IMG/VR virus record: IMGVR_UViG_3300025949_000019
Coordinates: 1-64,000 of that record
Length of the DNA stretch: 64,000 bases
Source of the DNA: a virus
Direction: 5' to 3' (one strand)
The notes beneath the pieces are model-generated. The model saw only the letters and a list, made by a program, of their open reading frames with translations. It was not told the DNA's origin and did not search any database. This document shows, one piece after another, positions 1-7,491 of the stretch. How positions within the stretch are numbered: the stretch's first letter is position 1; every line of letters starts with the position of its first letter. The position numbers and the translations under genes were made by a program.

Positions 1-1
1 A

Positions 2-142
2 CATTTGATCAAGCATCATTTGCCAAAAGAAAAGCACCAAGAGATATATAATAAGTTCGTAGAAGCTACAAGTAAAATGAAGAATGTCGATTCTACAAAA
101 GCAGTCGCACATTTGAAGAAAGAATTGAATACGCACGATTAG
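2..142 (+). CDS. 3' end of hypothetical protein (partial, runs in from the window edge)
   Basis: Open frame HLIKHHLPKEKH...KKELNTHD ends in TAG at 140-142, inside the following tRNA. Confidence 0.6.
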   Translation, partial: HLIKHHLPKEKHQEIYNKFVEATSKMKNVDSTKAVAHLKKELNTHD

Positions 143-207
143 TTCATTGGTAGAACGCCGCTTCGACAAGGCGGATGTAAGAGGTCCGATTCCTTTATCG
201 TGCACCA
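133..207 (+). tRNA. tRNA-Val(GAC)
   Basis: Cloverleaf: acceptor GCACGAT/ATCGTGC + A-CCA, D stem GTTC/GAAC, anticodon stem CCGCT/GGCGG with loop TC-GAC-AA, T arm AGAGG-TCCGATT-CCTTT; C33 and the TCC T-loop are atypical. Confidence 0.85.
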
Positions 208-235
208 GAATTTATAAAATAACTATGGAGATATT

Positions 236-499
236 ATGCAAGCACTTGGAAAGAATGTTCTTTTGAAGAAAGTAGAAGGTGAGCAGCAAATCGGTTCAAT
301 CTTGCTGCCGGGTCAACAAAATCAAAACCGTGGAGAGATTGTTTCTGTTGGAAATGATGTGCCTGCTGGTTTGTTTGCTGTCGGTGACCATGTGATCTAC
401 AACGGCGGAAAGCATGTTGCAGTTGATGGAAAGACATTCATTGCATCTGCATATGAAGATTTGCTTGTCAAAGTGAAAGACGCTGGAAACGTAAGCTAG
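236..499 (+). CDS. groES: GroES-like co-chaperonin (T4 gp31 analogue)
   Basis: 87 aa with LGKNVLL, GSILLP mobile loop, GEIVSVG, VGDHV and EDLLV GroES motifs; SD GGAG. Confidence 0.85.
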   Translation: MQALGKNVLLKKVEGEQQIGSILLPGQQNQNRGEIVSVGNDVPAGLFAVGDHVIYNGGKHVAVDGKTFIASAYEDLLVKVKDAGNVS

Positions 500-559
500 T
501 CGGTAAACTGTTGCTCTCATACGGCAAACTCTCGGGTTCGATTCCCGGCGTTTCTACCA
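485..559 (+). tRNA. tRNA-Met or Ile2 (CAT)
   Basis: Acceptor GGAAACG/CGTTTCT + A-CCA, anticodon stem TTGCT/GGCAA with loop CT-CAT-AC, T loop TTCGATT. Confidence 0.85.
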
Positions 560-581
560 ACTCTAAGGATACACACACATC

Positions 582-815
582 ATGGCTCGAAAATGTTGGA
601 GTACGACCGCGTCTGTTGAAGTTGACATTTTCCTAGACGATCTAGACGATGAAACATTGCTAGAAGAAGTCGAAGCAAGAAATCTAGGAATTGTTTCGAT
701 GACTGCTGCTGGTTGGTGCAATGCACTTGCGGACGCATATCAACTAGGAGACACGAAAAAAATCTACGAGTTGAACAAAAAACTGATCGATGAAGTGACC
801 GGCAGGATCATTTAA
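582..815 (+). CDS. hypothetical protein
   Basis: 77-aa ORF with SD TAAGGA. Confidence 0.65.
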   Translation: MARKCWSTTASVEVDIFLDDLDDETLLEEVEARNLGIVSMTAAGWCNALADAYQLGDTKKIYELNKKLIDEVTGRII

Positions 816-866
816 TTTGGCAATCGATCCCAAGTCGGCAATAGAAAAATACAATAGAAAAAAAGC

Positions 867-895
867 TTGACACGGACACTAGATATCCGTATAAT
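867..895 (+). promoter_or_regulatory. sigma70-type early promoter driving the RNA island
   Basis: TTGACA(867-872)-17 nt-TATAAT(890-895), with A-rich UP element upstream. Confidence 0.9.
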
Positions 896-911
896 GTGTT
901 CTGTTGTTTGA

Positions 912-1372
912 GATGCGGTTTGCCTGCGAGGGAAACCAATCCTACAAGTAGGGAAAGAATCGCATCATCTTTGTTATGATATCGCTAATGGCTACTATAA
1001 TCTAACGGCTAGAGGTGACGTACCGATGAAGTAAGATACTAAACTCTATTTAAATCTTATATACATTGTGATGTTTTACGGGTCTAACCAGCCCGGGAGA
1101 TAAGTCCGATGTTCAGCTATTAGGGTTGAAATAGGATGTAGCGTGGAGCGAAAGCATTGAAGCGCACTTCGAAATTGGAATTATACTTAGTGTAACTTGA
1201 AACGTAGTACCCGTCCCTCGGATGCCACAAGTGTCTGAGGGACATTTGAAAAGCAATTTTGAAATACAGGTTGCTTTTCAAATTTGATTCTACTGTGTGA
1301 ACGTGTGGCTGAGTAAAACTATCGGCGGGTCTGAAGGCCCGAAACGTTGCCGAGCGTTCTAAGGTAGAATCA
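912..1372 (+). ncRNA. unidentified structured non-coding RNA(s)
   Basis: No ORF. Helices GATGCGGTTT/GAATCGCATC (912-966), GTCCCTCGGATGC/GTGTCTGAGGGAC (1213-1243), ATTTGAAAAGCAA/TTGCTTTTCAAAT (1244-1283), TGATTCTAC/GTAGAATCA (1285-1372). Confidence 0.5.
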
Positions 1373-1385
1373 TTTTATTTTTTTC

Positions 1386-1462
1386 GCGAGGGTAGCTCAG
1401 AGAAAGAGCAGCGGCCTTAATTGAGCCGAAGGTCGGTGGTTCGATTCCATCCCCTCGCACCA
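1386..1462 (+). tRNA. atypical tRNA, undetermined anticodon (9-nt loop CTTAATTGA)
   Basis: Perfect acceptor GCGAGGG/CCCTCGC + A-CCA, D stem GCTC/GAGC, variable AGGTC, T arm GGTGG-TTCGATT-CCATC; anticodon loop enlarged and D loop lacks GG. Confidence 0.75.
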
Positions 1463-1469
1463 GATTTAT

Positions 1470-1558
1470 AGAAGAAAAGCAATGAAACTCTAAAACAGAG
1501 TTTCGTATTTTTCATAGCAGCCACTATGATGAATTGATTTGGAGATTGCTTTTCTTCT
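1470..1558 (+). ncRNA. small multi-branched structured RNA
   Basis: 14-bp perfect closing stem AGAAGAAAAGCAAT/ATTGCTTTTCTTCT enclosing hairpins GAAACTCT-AAAAC-AGAGTTTC and TCATAG-CAGCCA-CTATGA. Confidence 0.45.
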
Positions 1559-1560
1559 TC

Positions 1561-2498
1561 GTTCTTTAACATTCGATTTACAAGAATTAACGGGGTGTGT
1601 GAACTCCGTCATGTGGCGAAAGCTGCATGAAAAGATACTCTGTAGCGATACAGGAAAGCGGGAAGCTTACATTACCGCGGGCTAGCTAACTATCCTCAAT
1701 TACACAAGCCTCAGTCCACGGGTGACCGTGATATCGGTGAAAAGAGCGCCGGTATGAAGTATGACGTTGAGAGTAGGGAAAGAGTCATGACTTAAACGCT
1801 TCACCTTCGGGTGAAGGAACGTTAGTCGTGAAAGAAGAAACAGGTGGTGCTGTCTCTCCTACAAAACCATTCAATCAGTACAGAGACTAAAGGGTAGCGT
1901 AATATCTTCGAGACTAGCACTCTAGAGGGATTATGCAGAATAATTGGTTTGTGGCCTATGCGAAAGCTGTGATGGACATGTACCGAGAAATTCGATTGAG
2001 TAGTCCTTGGCGGGATGAAAAATACGTGGCGAGTGGCATATTGGAGACCAAAAGTTTCTGACACCACTGGATGCGCTCGTCGCAGTAAGTTCATAGATGC
2101 TCTAAGGTAGAGCGTTTCCCTTTCATGGAAAATGCAGTTGGTTCGATCCCAACCTATATTACAAAAATGCAAAGACGCATCCTGTGTTAGTGCCAACAGA
2201 AGAAAATGGCTTAAATCTGCACGTCTTCGGACGAATGCAGGAATTCGAAACTCGCAAGGTCTAGAATTTTGATGTGGAAGCGCACGGTTGGGATTAGCGT
2301 CCCTTAACAGCCCGCAAGGTTGACGGTAGCAGAAACGTCGAGTAGCCTAACACGAAGCTTGAAATGCAACAAGCCTAAAAATGCAGCCATGAAGACATAG
2401 CTATTTGATAGCTGGACAAGTCAGAAAGGTAAGGGGTAGCACCCGAATCCGTAACCTGAACAAAAGAGTCTTCACAAAAACGTATAGTCTCAGCGTTT
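1561..2498 (+). ncRNA. giant ornate structured RNA, GOLLD-like
   Basis: ~940 nt without a sense ORF inside a phage tRNA cluster. Many tetraloop hairpins (CATGTGGC-GAAA-GCTGCATG, CTGTA-GCGA-TACAG, CACGG-GTGA-CCGTG, CTTCACC-TTCG-GGTGAAG, CGTC-TTCG-GACG). Motifs ACAGGTGGTGCTG, repeated GAGTAG and terminal AGTCTCAG resemble my recollection of GOLLD RNAs. Ends approximate. Confidence 0.65.
2090..2164 (+). other. degenerate tRNA-Glu(TTC)-like domain embedded in the giant RNA
   Basis: D arm GCTC-TAAGGTA-GAGC, anticodon arm TTTCC-CTTTCAT-GGAAA, T arm GTTGG-TTCGATC-CCAAC; acceptor only 4 bp (ATAG/CTAT), no CCA. Confidence 0.7.
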
Positions 2499-2500
2499 AT

Positions 2501-2625
2501 AAGATTTCATTAGTATTCGCCGTGGTGCCATACAAACATATTGACATTTGAGTTTGCAACTAGGCGATTAGCGTTGGACCGGTTATGATGAATCGTACAA
2601 GCACGGTGAATGCTAATGAAATTTT
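2501..2625 (+). ncRNA. stem-closed small RNA 1 (~125 nt)
   Basis: 24-bp terminal helix AAGATTTCATTAGTATTCGCCGTG/CACGGTGAATGCTAATGAAATTTT containing G-U pairs. Confidence 0.55.
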
Positions 2626-2627
2626 CA

Positions 2628-2755
2628 TAGTTCGTTTTGTAGAGCATAGTCCGTTGTGGTTATCTAAAGACAAGCCTAGATGAGGCGTAATTGAAAAGTC
2701 GATGTGTACAGTCGATCTGATCAGGCAACCTTGCTATGCTGCACAAAGCGAATTG
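2628..2755 (+). ncRNA. stem-closed small RNA 2 (~128 nt)
   Basis: Terminal helix TAGTTCGTTTTGT..AGCATAG/CTATGCT..ACAAAGCGAATTG containing G-U pairs. Confidence 0.55.
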
Positions 2756-2756
2756 C

Positions 2757-2886
2757 GTAACCGCTCAGGGTAATGGCGATAATTCTCCCGATAAATAGAT
2801 GATTCTTGGAAGCTGTTGGAACATACAGGAACTCCACGGATAACGCGCGTATCTAGAACAAAATTATCTGTATCATCGGCGGTTAC
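2757..2886 (+). ncRNA. stem-closed small RNA 3 (~130 nt)
   Basis: Terminal helix GTAACCGCT/GGCGGTTAC and inner GATAATT/AATTATC. Confidence 0.4.
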
Positions 2887-2887
2887 A

Positions 2888-3046
2888 ATGAATTTCAGAA
2901 AGATCGTAATTGCAATCGTAATTCTAGCAACATTGTTGTTTGTTTTGCAGTCTGCAACTGATAAATATGTGACGGATCATCTTTGCCAGCAAGGTGAACG
3001 ATATCGTGTTACATTCTATGGTTACGAATGCATAAATAAGCAATAA
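2888..3046 (+). CDS. small membrane protein
   Basis: MNFRKIVIAIVILATLLFVL transmembrane segment; ATG 2888 preferred over the track start at 2816. Confidence 0.55.
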   Translation: MNFRKIVIAIVILATLLFVLQSATDKYVTDHLCQQGERYRVTFYGYECINKQ

Positions 3047-3057
3047 GTGTTTTCATT

Positions 3058-3137
3058 GGGGATCGGGTCTGCCTGGCGTGGACACCGCACTTGCAATGCG
3101 GCTAATCAGAGGGGTTCGAGTCCCCTGTTCTCCACCA
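3058..3137 (+). tRNA. tRNA-Ala(TGC)
   Basis: Acceptor GGGGATC/GTTCTCC with G3:U70, anticodon arm CCGCA-CTTGCAA-TGCGG, TTCGAGT loop, CCA. Confidence 0.92.
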
Positions 3138-3233
3138 ATTTCTAACAAGTTCCAAACCATCAAGCATGGTTCGGCGCGGGGATCACCGAGAGGACCCCAC
3201 AGGAGTATGCGAAAGTTACTAAAGATTACAAAT

Positions 3234-3308
3234 GCGGGCGTGGTCTAGTGGCTTGGGCCCCATCCTTCCAAGTTGGTGACGCGAGTTCGATTCTCGCCGT
3301 CCGCTCCA
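3234..3308 (+). tRNA. tRNA-Gly(TCC)
   Basis: GCGGGCG/CGTCCGC + U73-CCA, loop CT-TCC-AA, T arm GCGAG-TTCGATT-CTCGC. Confidence 0.93.
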
Positions 3309-3460
3309 AAACAGTAATAAAAGGCTCAGTATAGGCCGACGCAATCAGAACAAAACGTCCATGGACATACGCTTGTTCTGATTGCGATTATAGATTTATA
3401 GTCAGACCTCGTTATCATAAGAGGATACAAAAACTCAACTGATCTGGCTTTAGTTACAAG

Positions 3461-3534
3461 TGCGCGGTGGTGTAACAGCAACACGCTAGGCTCATAACCT
3501 TGAACTCTGGGTGCGACTCCCGGCTGCGCTTCCA
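3461..3534 (+). tRNA. tRNA-Met(CAT), probably initiator-like
   Basis: Unpaired T1:T72, loop CT-CAT-AA, T loop TGCGACT, CCA; only two of the three initiator G:C pairs in the anticodon stem. Confidence 0.8.
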
Positions 3535-3570
3535 TCATTTCAATATACATAAAAGGGAGAATAAAACAAT

Positions 3571-3822
3571 ATGGTTCTATTAACTTCTTGGGTTGCAATT
3601 GGAATGGTGCTGATCGCACTAGATGGCGGTCAATTAGATCAAAAAGCATTTGCATCAAACAAAGTCTTTATGTCTGAAGCTGATTGTCAAAAGGAAGTTG
3701 ATGGAGCAATTCCATTGTTTGACAGAGATGTAGAGGCTGGAAAGCTTGGCGGTTATGTCCTAAAATGTGTTCAAGTAGAATTGCGTCCTCCGCTGCCTAC
3801 CAAGAAAGAAAAAAAGAAGTAA
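3571..3822 (+). CDS. hypothetical exported protein
   Basis: Hydrophobic N-terminus, F.SEADC...C pair; SD GGGAG. Confidence 0.65.
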   Translation: MVLLTSWVAIGMVLIALDGGQLDQKAFASNKVFMSEADCQKEVDGAIPLFDRDVEAGKLGGYVLKCVQVELRPPLPTKKEKKK

Positions 3823-3835
3823 TACGCGCACCGAT

Positions 3836-3911
3836 GCGGCGGTAGTTCAGTTGGTAGAATAGGAGCTTGCCAAGTTTCAGGTCACGGGTTCGATCCCCGT
3901 TCGCCGCTCCA
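3836..3911 (+). tRNA. tRNA-Gly(GCC)
   Basis: GCGGCGG/TCGCCGC + U73-CCA, loop TT-GCC-AA, canonical D and T arms. Confidence 0.95.
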
Positions 3912-3939
3912 GAATCACAAAAAAGAGTAAAACTTCATA

Positions 3940-5115
3940 ATGGATAACATGAAATACACCCTGAATCGTAGTAATCTATACGAAGTCTCTGAAATCACGG
4001 CTGACGTTAAAGCCATCTTTATCGAGAAACAAAAACAAGAAAACAATTTCGACATTTCAAGTTTCTCGATCAAAACTCCAGTTAAAATCGATACAGTAGA
4101 AATGATGAACAAGATTCGTTCTTGTCTCGGTTCTATTGTTGGTGGTGAAAATCTGGTTCGCTTGATTGATTACACTACCACAATGTCAGAATTCTCCGTG
4201 GATTCTGCACCCAATGTTAACGTAGCAAAACTCTTTGTCAAGAAATCTTCGTCTAAGACAACTTCACGCTATTACACTGACGAAGATATTCCCGATTCTA
4301 TTGATGAGGATGATAAAGTAGACAGTCACAATGCAGTCATTTTGACCATTGAAATTTGTGGTCAGAAGCAATTTGCAGTCGATATCTTGAGAGCATTGAA
4401 AAATCTGTTCACTCAGATCAATGATGAAAACAAGACTTCGATGGTCAAATGGATTTATCCGAACCACGGAAGCACCTATTCCCATATCTTTAAGATTACG
4501 AAGGATTGGGAAGTTCACAAGGAATTTTATCCGTACATCAAAGCACCCGATCTAAATTCTTATTACCAGAAGTTTCTAGACAATGATTCCCAAGTTATGG
4601 TTCTTCATGGACCTCCGGGAACTGGTAAGACTTCCTTCATTAAGGACATGATCTGCGAATTAGGTCTGAATGCAATCATTTCATATGACATGGGAGTTCT
4701 TAGTTCCGATGCCAACTTCGTTGGCTATCTGGAAGACAACATGTTTGATGTTCTCATCATCGAAGATGCAGATGATTTGTTGACTTCAGACAGATCGGAA
4801 AATAACAAGCTTATCGCAAAGATTCTCAACATTTCGGATGGAATCATCAAGCTTCGCAAAAAGAAATTAATCTTTTCGACCAACCTAGACAACATCAATA
4901 AGATTGATTCCGCAGTTGTCCGTCCGGGCCGTTGTTTCGATATCGTGAATTTCAGAAAGCTAACTGGTCCGGAATCCGAAGCCGTTGGTAAGGTTCTCGG
5001 GATCGAAGTGGATAATAGAGAGGCGCACACACTAGCAGAATTGTTCTATGCCAAGAACAATAACGAAAAGTCGCAACATAGCAGCATCGGCTTGAAGAAA
5101 GCAATCGGATTTTAG
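3940..5115 (+). CDS. AAA+ ATPase
   Basis: Walker A GPPGTGKT, Walker B LIIEDAD, sensor STN, SRH DSAVVRPGR, C-terminal IGF. Confidence 0.9.
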   Translation: MDNMKYTLNRSNLYEVSEITADVKAIFIEKQKQENNFDISSFSIKTPVKIDTVEMMNKIRSCLGSIVGGENLVRLIDYTTTMSEFSVDSAPNVNVAKLFVKKSSSKTTSRYYTDEDIPDSIDEDDKVDSHNAVILTIEICGQKQFAVDILRALKNLFTQINDENKTSMVKWIYPNHGSTYSHIFKITKDWEVHKEFYPYIKAPDLNSYYQKFLDNDSQVMVLHGPPGTGKTSFIKDMICELGLNAIISYDMGVLSSDANFVGYLEDNMFDVLIIEDADDLLTSDRSENNKLIAKILNISDGIIKLRKKKLIFSTNLDNINKIDSAVVRPGRCFDIVNFRKLTGPESEAVGKVLGIEVDNREAHTLAELFYAKNNNEKSQHSSIGLKKAIGF

Positions 5116-5131
5116 ACAAAAATAATAGTAG

Positions 5132-5191
5132 AATCAGCCACTTACGCTCCCCAATGGTCTGCTTGACATTGGGGATTTTTTGTTATATAAT
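5132..5191 (+). promoter_or_regulatory. IHF-like site plus sigma70 early promoter overlapping a terminator hairpin
   Basis: AATCAGCCACTTA (5132-5144); TTGACA(5163)-17-TATAAT(5186); hairpin CCCCAATG/CATTGGGG + T run spans the -35. Confidence 0.85.
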
Positions 5192-5224
5192 GTCATTTCA
5201 AACATAGTCAATTTGGGTGTCTCC

Positions 5225-5503
5225 ATGAGAGCCGAAATCGTTTCTACCGATTCCCTGTCATTCCTGAAGAACGAAAACAAATTCGTCGGCGACATGTCCG
5301 ACATTCACGATCCGAAAAAACCTTTCCCCTATCGTTTCTACCTGAAGTCTGCAAAGACTGGCGAAAAGGTCGAATTCGTCTACATGGAAAAGGAAGTCGA
5401 TTCTGAAGGCGACATTATTTCCTTCAAGTATCTTCCGCTCGCAAATGATCTTGTGAAATTCCCGAAGCTTCGCTTCACGACTGTTATTCTGTACAACGAT
5501 TGA
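5225..5503 (+). CDS. hypothetical early protein
   Basis: First ATG downstream of the promoter (the track start at 5180 lies inside the promoter). Confidence 0.7.
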   Translation: MRAEIVSTDSLSFLKNENKFVGDMSDIHDPKKPFPYRFYLKSAKTGEKVEFVYMEKEVDSEGDIISFKYLPLANDLVKFPKLRFTTVILYND

Positions 5504-5524
5504 TATTTTAAAGGATAAAGAAGC

Positions 5525-5737
5525 ATGAGATATGCAGTATTCAGGAGTATGGGTAAGGGAACGTTTTTTGTGAATCCTGTTGGTGAGCATGGAAACTCTC
5601 TAGGGGACGGTATTATTATCTACGGTGGTTACTTATCACCTAGCGAACAAGAAAATCTTGCTGGTAAAATTTGCAATTTTCTGAATGATTATGAAACTGA
5701 GAAACAAAAACTCCTACAAAAGACTGAATTGAAATGA
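5525..5737 (+). CDS. hypothetical protein
   Basis: ORF with SD AAGGA; ATGA overlap with next gene. Confidence 0.65.
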   Translation: MRYAVFRSMGKGTFFVNPVGEHGNSLGDGIIIYGGYLSPSEQENLAGKICNFLNDYETEKQKLLQKTELK

Positions 5738-5940
5738 TAGACATGAGGCAACGTGTTCTAGATGCGATCCTAACCGATATTACAAGGCTTCATGTTCTTT
5801 ATAAAGAGAAGGGCTGGGACGAAAACTACAATCTCCTAGAAGCATTAGGATATGATGTAGAAATTGGTGCCATTCCTGATTATCTGCATAGTCTTTCCGA
5901 TGAAGAACTTTTGAAAATTTACGATGAGGTTATGAAATGA
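5734..5940 (+). CDS. hypothetical protein
   Basis: Translationally coupled small ORF. Confidence 0.65.
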   Translation: MIDMRQRVLDAILTDITRLHVLYKEKGWDENYNLLEALGYDVEIGAIPDYLHSLSDEELLKIYDEVMK

Positions 5941-6101
5941 TTAAGGAAGAAGATTTTGTTACTGTCAACGGTATGGATGGCGAATTCCGTGTCGTTGAAG
6001 TTGATGGAAACGAAGCCTATGTCGAGAATGTTTCTGACATGGGCGCTTGCATGTTGACGTGGGTTCCGTTGGATGTTTGCGAAAGGATCAATGTTCTATG
6101 A
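5937..6101 (+). CDS. hypothetical 54-aa protein (not in ORF track)
   Basis: MIKEEDFVTVNG...CERINVL, SD GAGGT, ATGA overlaps at both ends. Confidence 0.65.
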   Translation: MIKEEDFVTVNGMDGEFRVVEVDGNEAYVENVSDMGACMLTWVPLDVCERINVL

Positions 6102-6358
6102 ACAAATTTCGTCAAGTGAATATTTTCACTGGTGAGCCTATCACAGACTCGCCTTGGATGTTTACTGCTACCACAGCGAAAGTTAAATGCCCAAAATGCG
6201 GTTCTGATCCGGGCTTCTATTGCGAGACCCCGAAGGGCAGACAGGCCAGCGAACCACACACAGCAAGATGCCAAGCGTATCGCAATCTTCCTGATTTCGA
6301 TATTACGAAGCACGAAGTAAAATGTACTAAACTTTCTGACTTGCTGAAACACGAATGA
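6098..6358 (+). CDS. zinc-finger protein
   Basis: CPKC-x7-C...H..RC; ATG 6098 coupled to the upstream stop. Confidence 0.65.
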   Translation: MNKFRQVNIFTGEPITDSPWMFTATTAKVKCPKCGSDPGFYCETPKGRQASEPHTARCQAYRNLPDFDITKHEVKCTKLSDLLKHE

Positions 6359-6379
6359 AACCATTAGGATGCATACAGG

Positions 6380-6754
6380 ATGACCAAGCGGAGAAAATTC
6401 AGAAACTCGGCTCAGGCGCGTTTGGATCGGGAGCTACGGGCGGATTGGCAAGATTTGCTAGAATCCCACCCCGTAGTGAAGCACATATCCGTGAATGTGC
6501 CGAGCAAGTTTCCAAACTACACAATTCCAAAGAGGAATGAGCATGTAAACTTCGTATCTAGGACCCATCATGGTCCGGCTACTACTGGAACATCGATAGA
6601 GAAACCACGATACGAAGGCGAGTTGCTAGAGCGTGAACTAGAAGCACTAAAGGAAATAGAGAAGAAAAAGAAGCGAGTTGCAATAGCATACAACAAGGGC
6701 GCATATCAATATATTACGGATGATTGTGATCCAAAGACGATAGGAAAGAAGTGA
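6380..6754 (+). CDS. hypothetical protein of a type seen in T4-like phages
   Basis: C-terminal AIAYNKGAYQYI...IGKK motif. Confidence 0.65.
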   Translation: MTKRRKFRNSAQARLDRELRADWQDLLESHPVVKHISVNVPSKFPNYTIPKRNEHVNFVSRTHHGPATTGTSIEKPRYEGELLERELEALKEIEKKKKRVAIAYNKGAYQYITDDCDPKTIGKK

Positions 6755-7020
6755 TTATTATGAATAGAACCGAAAAGGGTTTGATGCTGTTGGATATTGT
6801 CGAGAAATTTATCAAAGAGCAAAAAATTACTTGTGTAGAATCGGTATACCAATCTGACCGTGTTATCGAAAATGCATATGAATTTATTGAAAAACTTTGC
6901 AATATTTCTGGCTATTGTCAAATCGATGATGACGGAAATCTGATTGAACCAGAATATATCCTTGTTGATGAAGACATGGAACCGGATGCTAATGGACACT
7001 ACATTGGACTTGATAGATGA
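6751..7020 (+). CDS. hypothetical protein
   Basis: Coupled ORF in early gene run. Confidence 0.65.
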   Translation: MIIMNRTEKGLMLLDIVEKFIKEQKITCVESVYQSDRVIENAYEFIEKLCNISGYCQIDDDGNLIEPEYILVDEDMEPDANGHYIGLDR

Positions 7021-7232
7021 AGCCTAAAGATCATCCGTACTTCCCAAAATTCGTAGAAATTTACTACAGCAAGAATGCATCTGCTCAGTTTCTACAAATG
7101 GTGTTCAAGCCGGAAAAGTACAAGGAATTTCATGATTACTTGACATGTGTTCATGAAGATTGGATCGACAATATGAACGAGGGATATGCGGAAACATTTC
7201 CTCCACCTCCAGAAGATAAAAGAAAGAAATAA
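7017..7232 (+). CDS. hypothetical protein
   Basis: Coupled ORF. Confidence 0.6.
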   Translation: MKPKDHPYFPKFVEIYYSKNASAQFLQMVFKPEKYKEFHDYLTCVHEDWIDNMNEGYAETFPPPPEDKRKK

Positions 7233-7233
7233 C

Positions 7234-7482
7234 ATGAAAATCGCAAAAGTTATTGATGAAACATCCAATGATTGGGTTGGTCTTTACGTTGATGGCAAAT
7301 TAGCATCTCAAGATCATTCCATTCAAGAAGAAGACTTGATTTCTTATTTGATTGACAATGAAATCAAATTTTCAAAGGAAGATAAAATGGAAATTTATTA
7401 CTACGATAGAGATTTAGATGGTGAAGGATTTCCGGTGAAATTTGAAGACTTAGATTCTAAGCAACTTGCGAAATGTAAATGA
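7234..7482 (+). CDS. hypothetical acidic protein
   Basis: ATG 7234 follows the upstream stop. Confidence 0.6.
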   Translation: MKIAKVIDETSNDWVGLYVDGKLASQDHSIQEEDLISYLIDNEIKFSKEDKMEIYYYDRDLDGEGFPVKFEDLDSKQLAKCK

Positions 7483-7491
7483 GGTTTAATC

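Noticed and set aside
1080-1215. RNase P RNA resemblance (GGGAGATAAGTCCG)
   Set aside because: The 3' P4 strand (ACAGAA..CGGCTTA) and other conserved regions are missing.
1327-1350. Hammerhead ribozyme-like CTGAAG...GAAAC
   Set aside because: The core CUGANGA and stem II are not satisfied; the segment folds as a simple GGGTC/GGCCC hairpin.
1822-2196. 124-aa minus-strand ORF
   Set aside because: Antisense to the structured giant RNA, against local gene polarity, with no recognisable motif.
2644-2740. Y RNA-like Ro-binding stem (AGTCCG/CTTGCT)
   Set aside because: Only a partial match, no tRNA-like domain and no Ro60/Rsr gene in the window; kept only as an unidentified small RNA.
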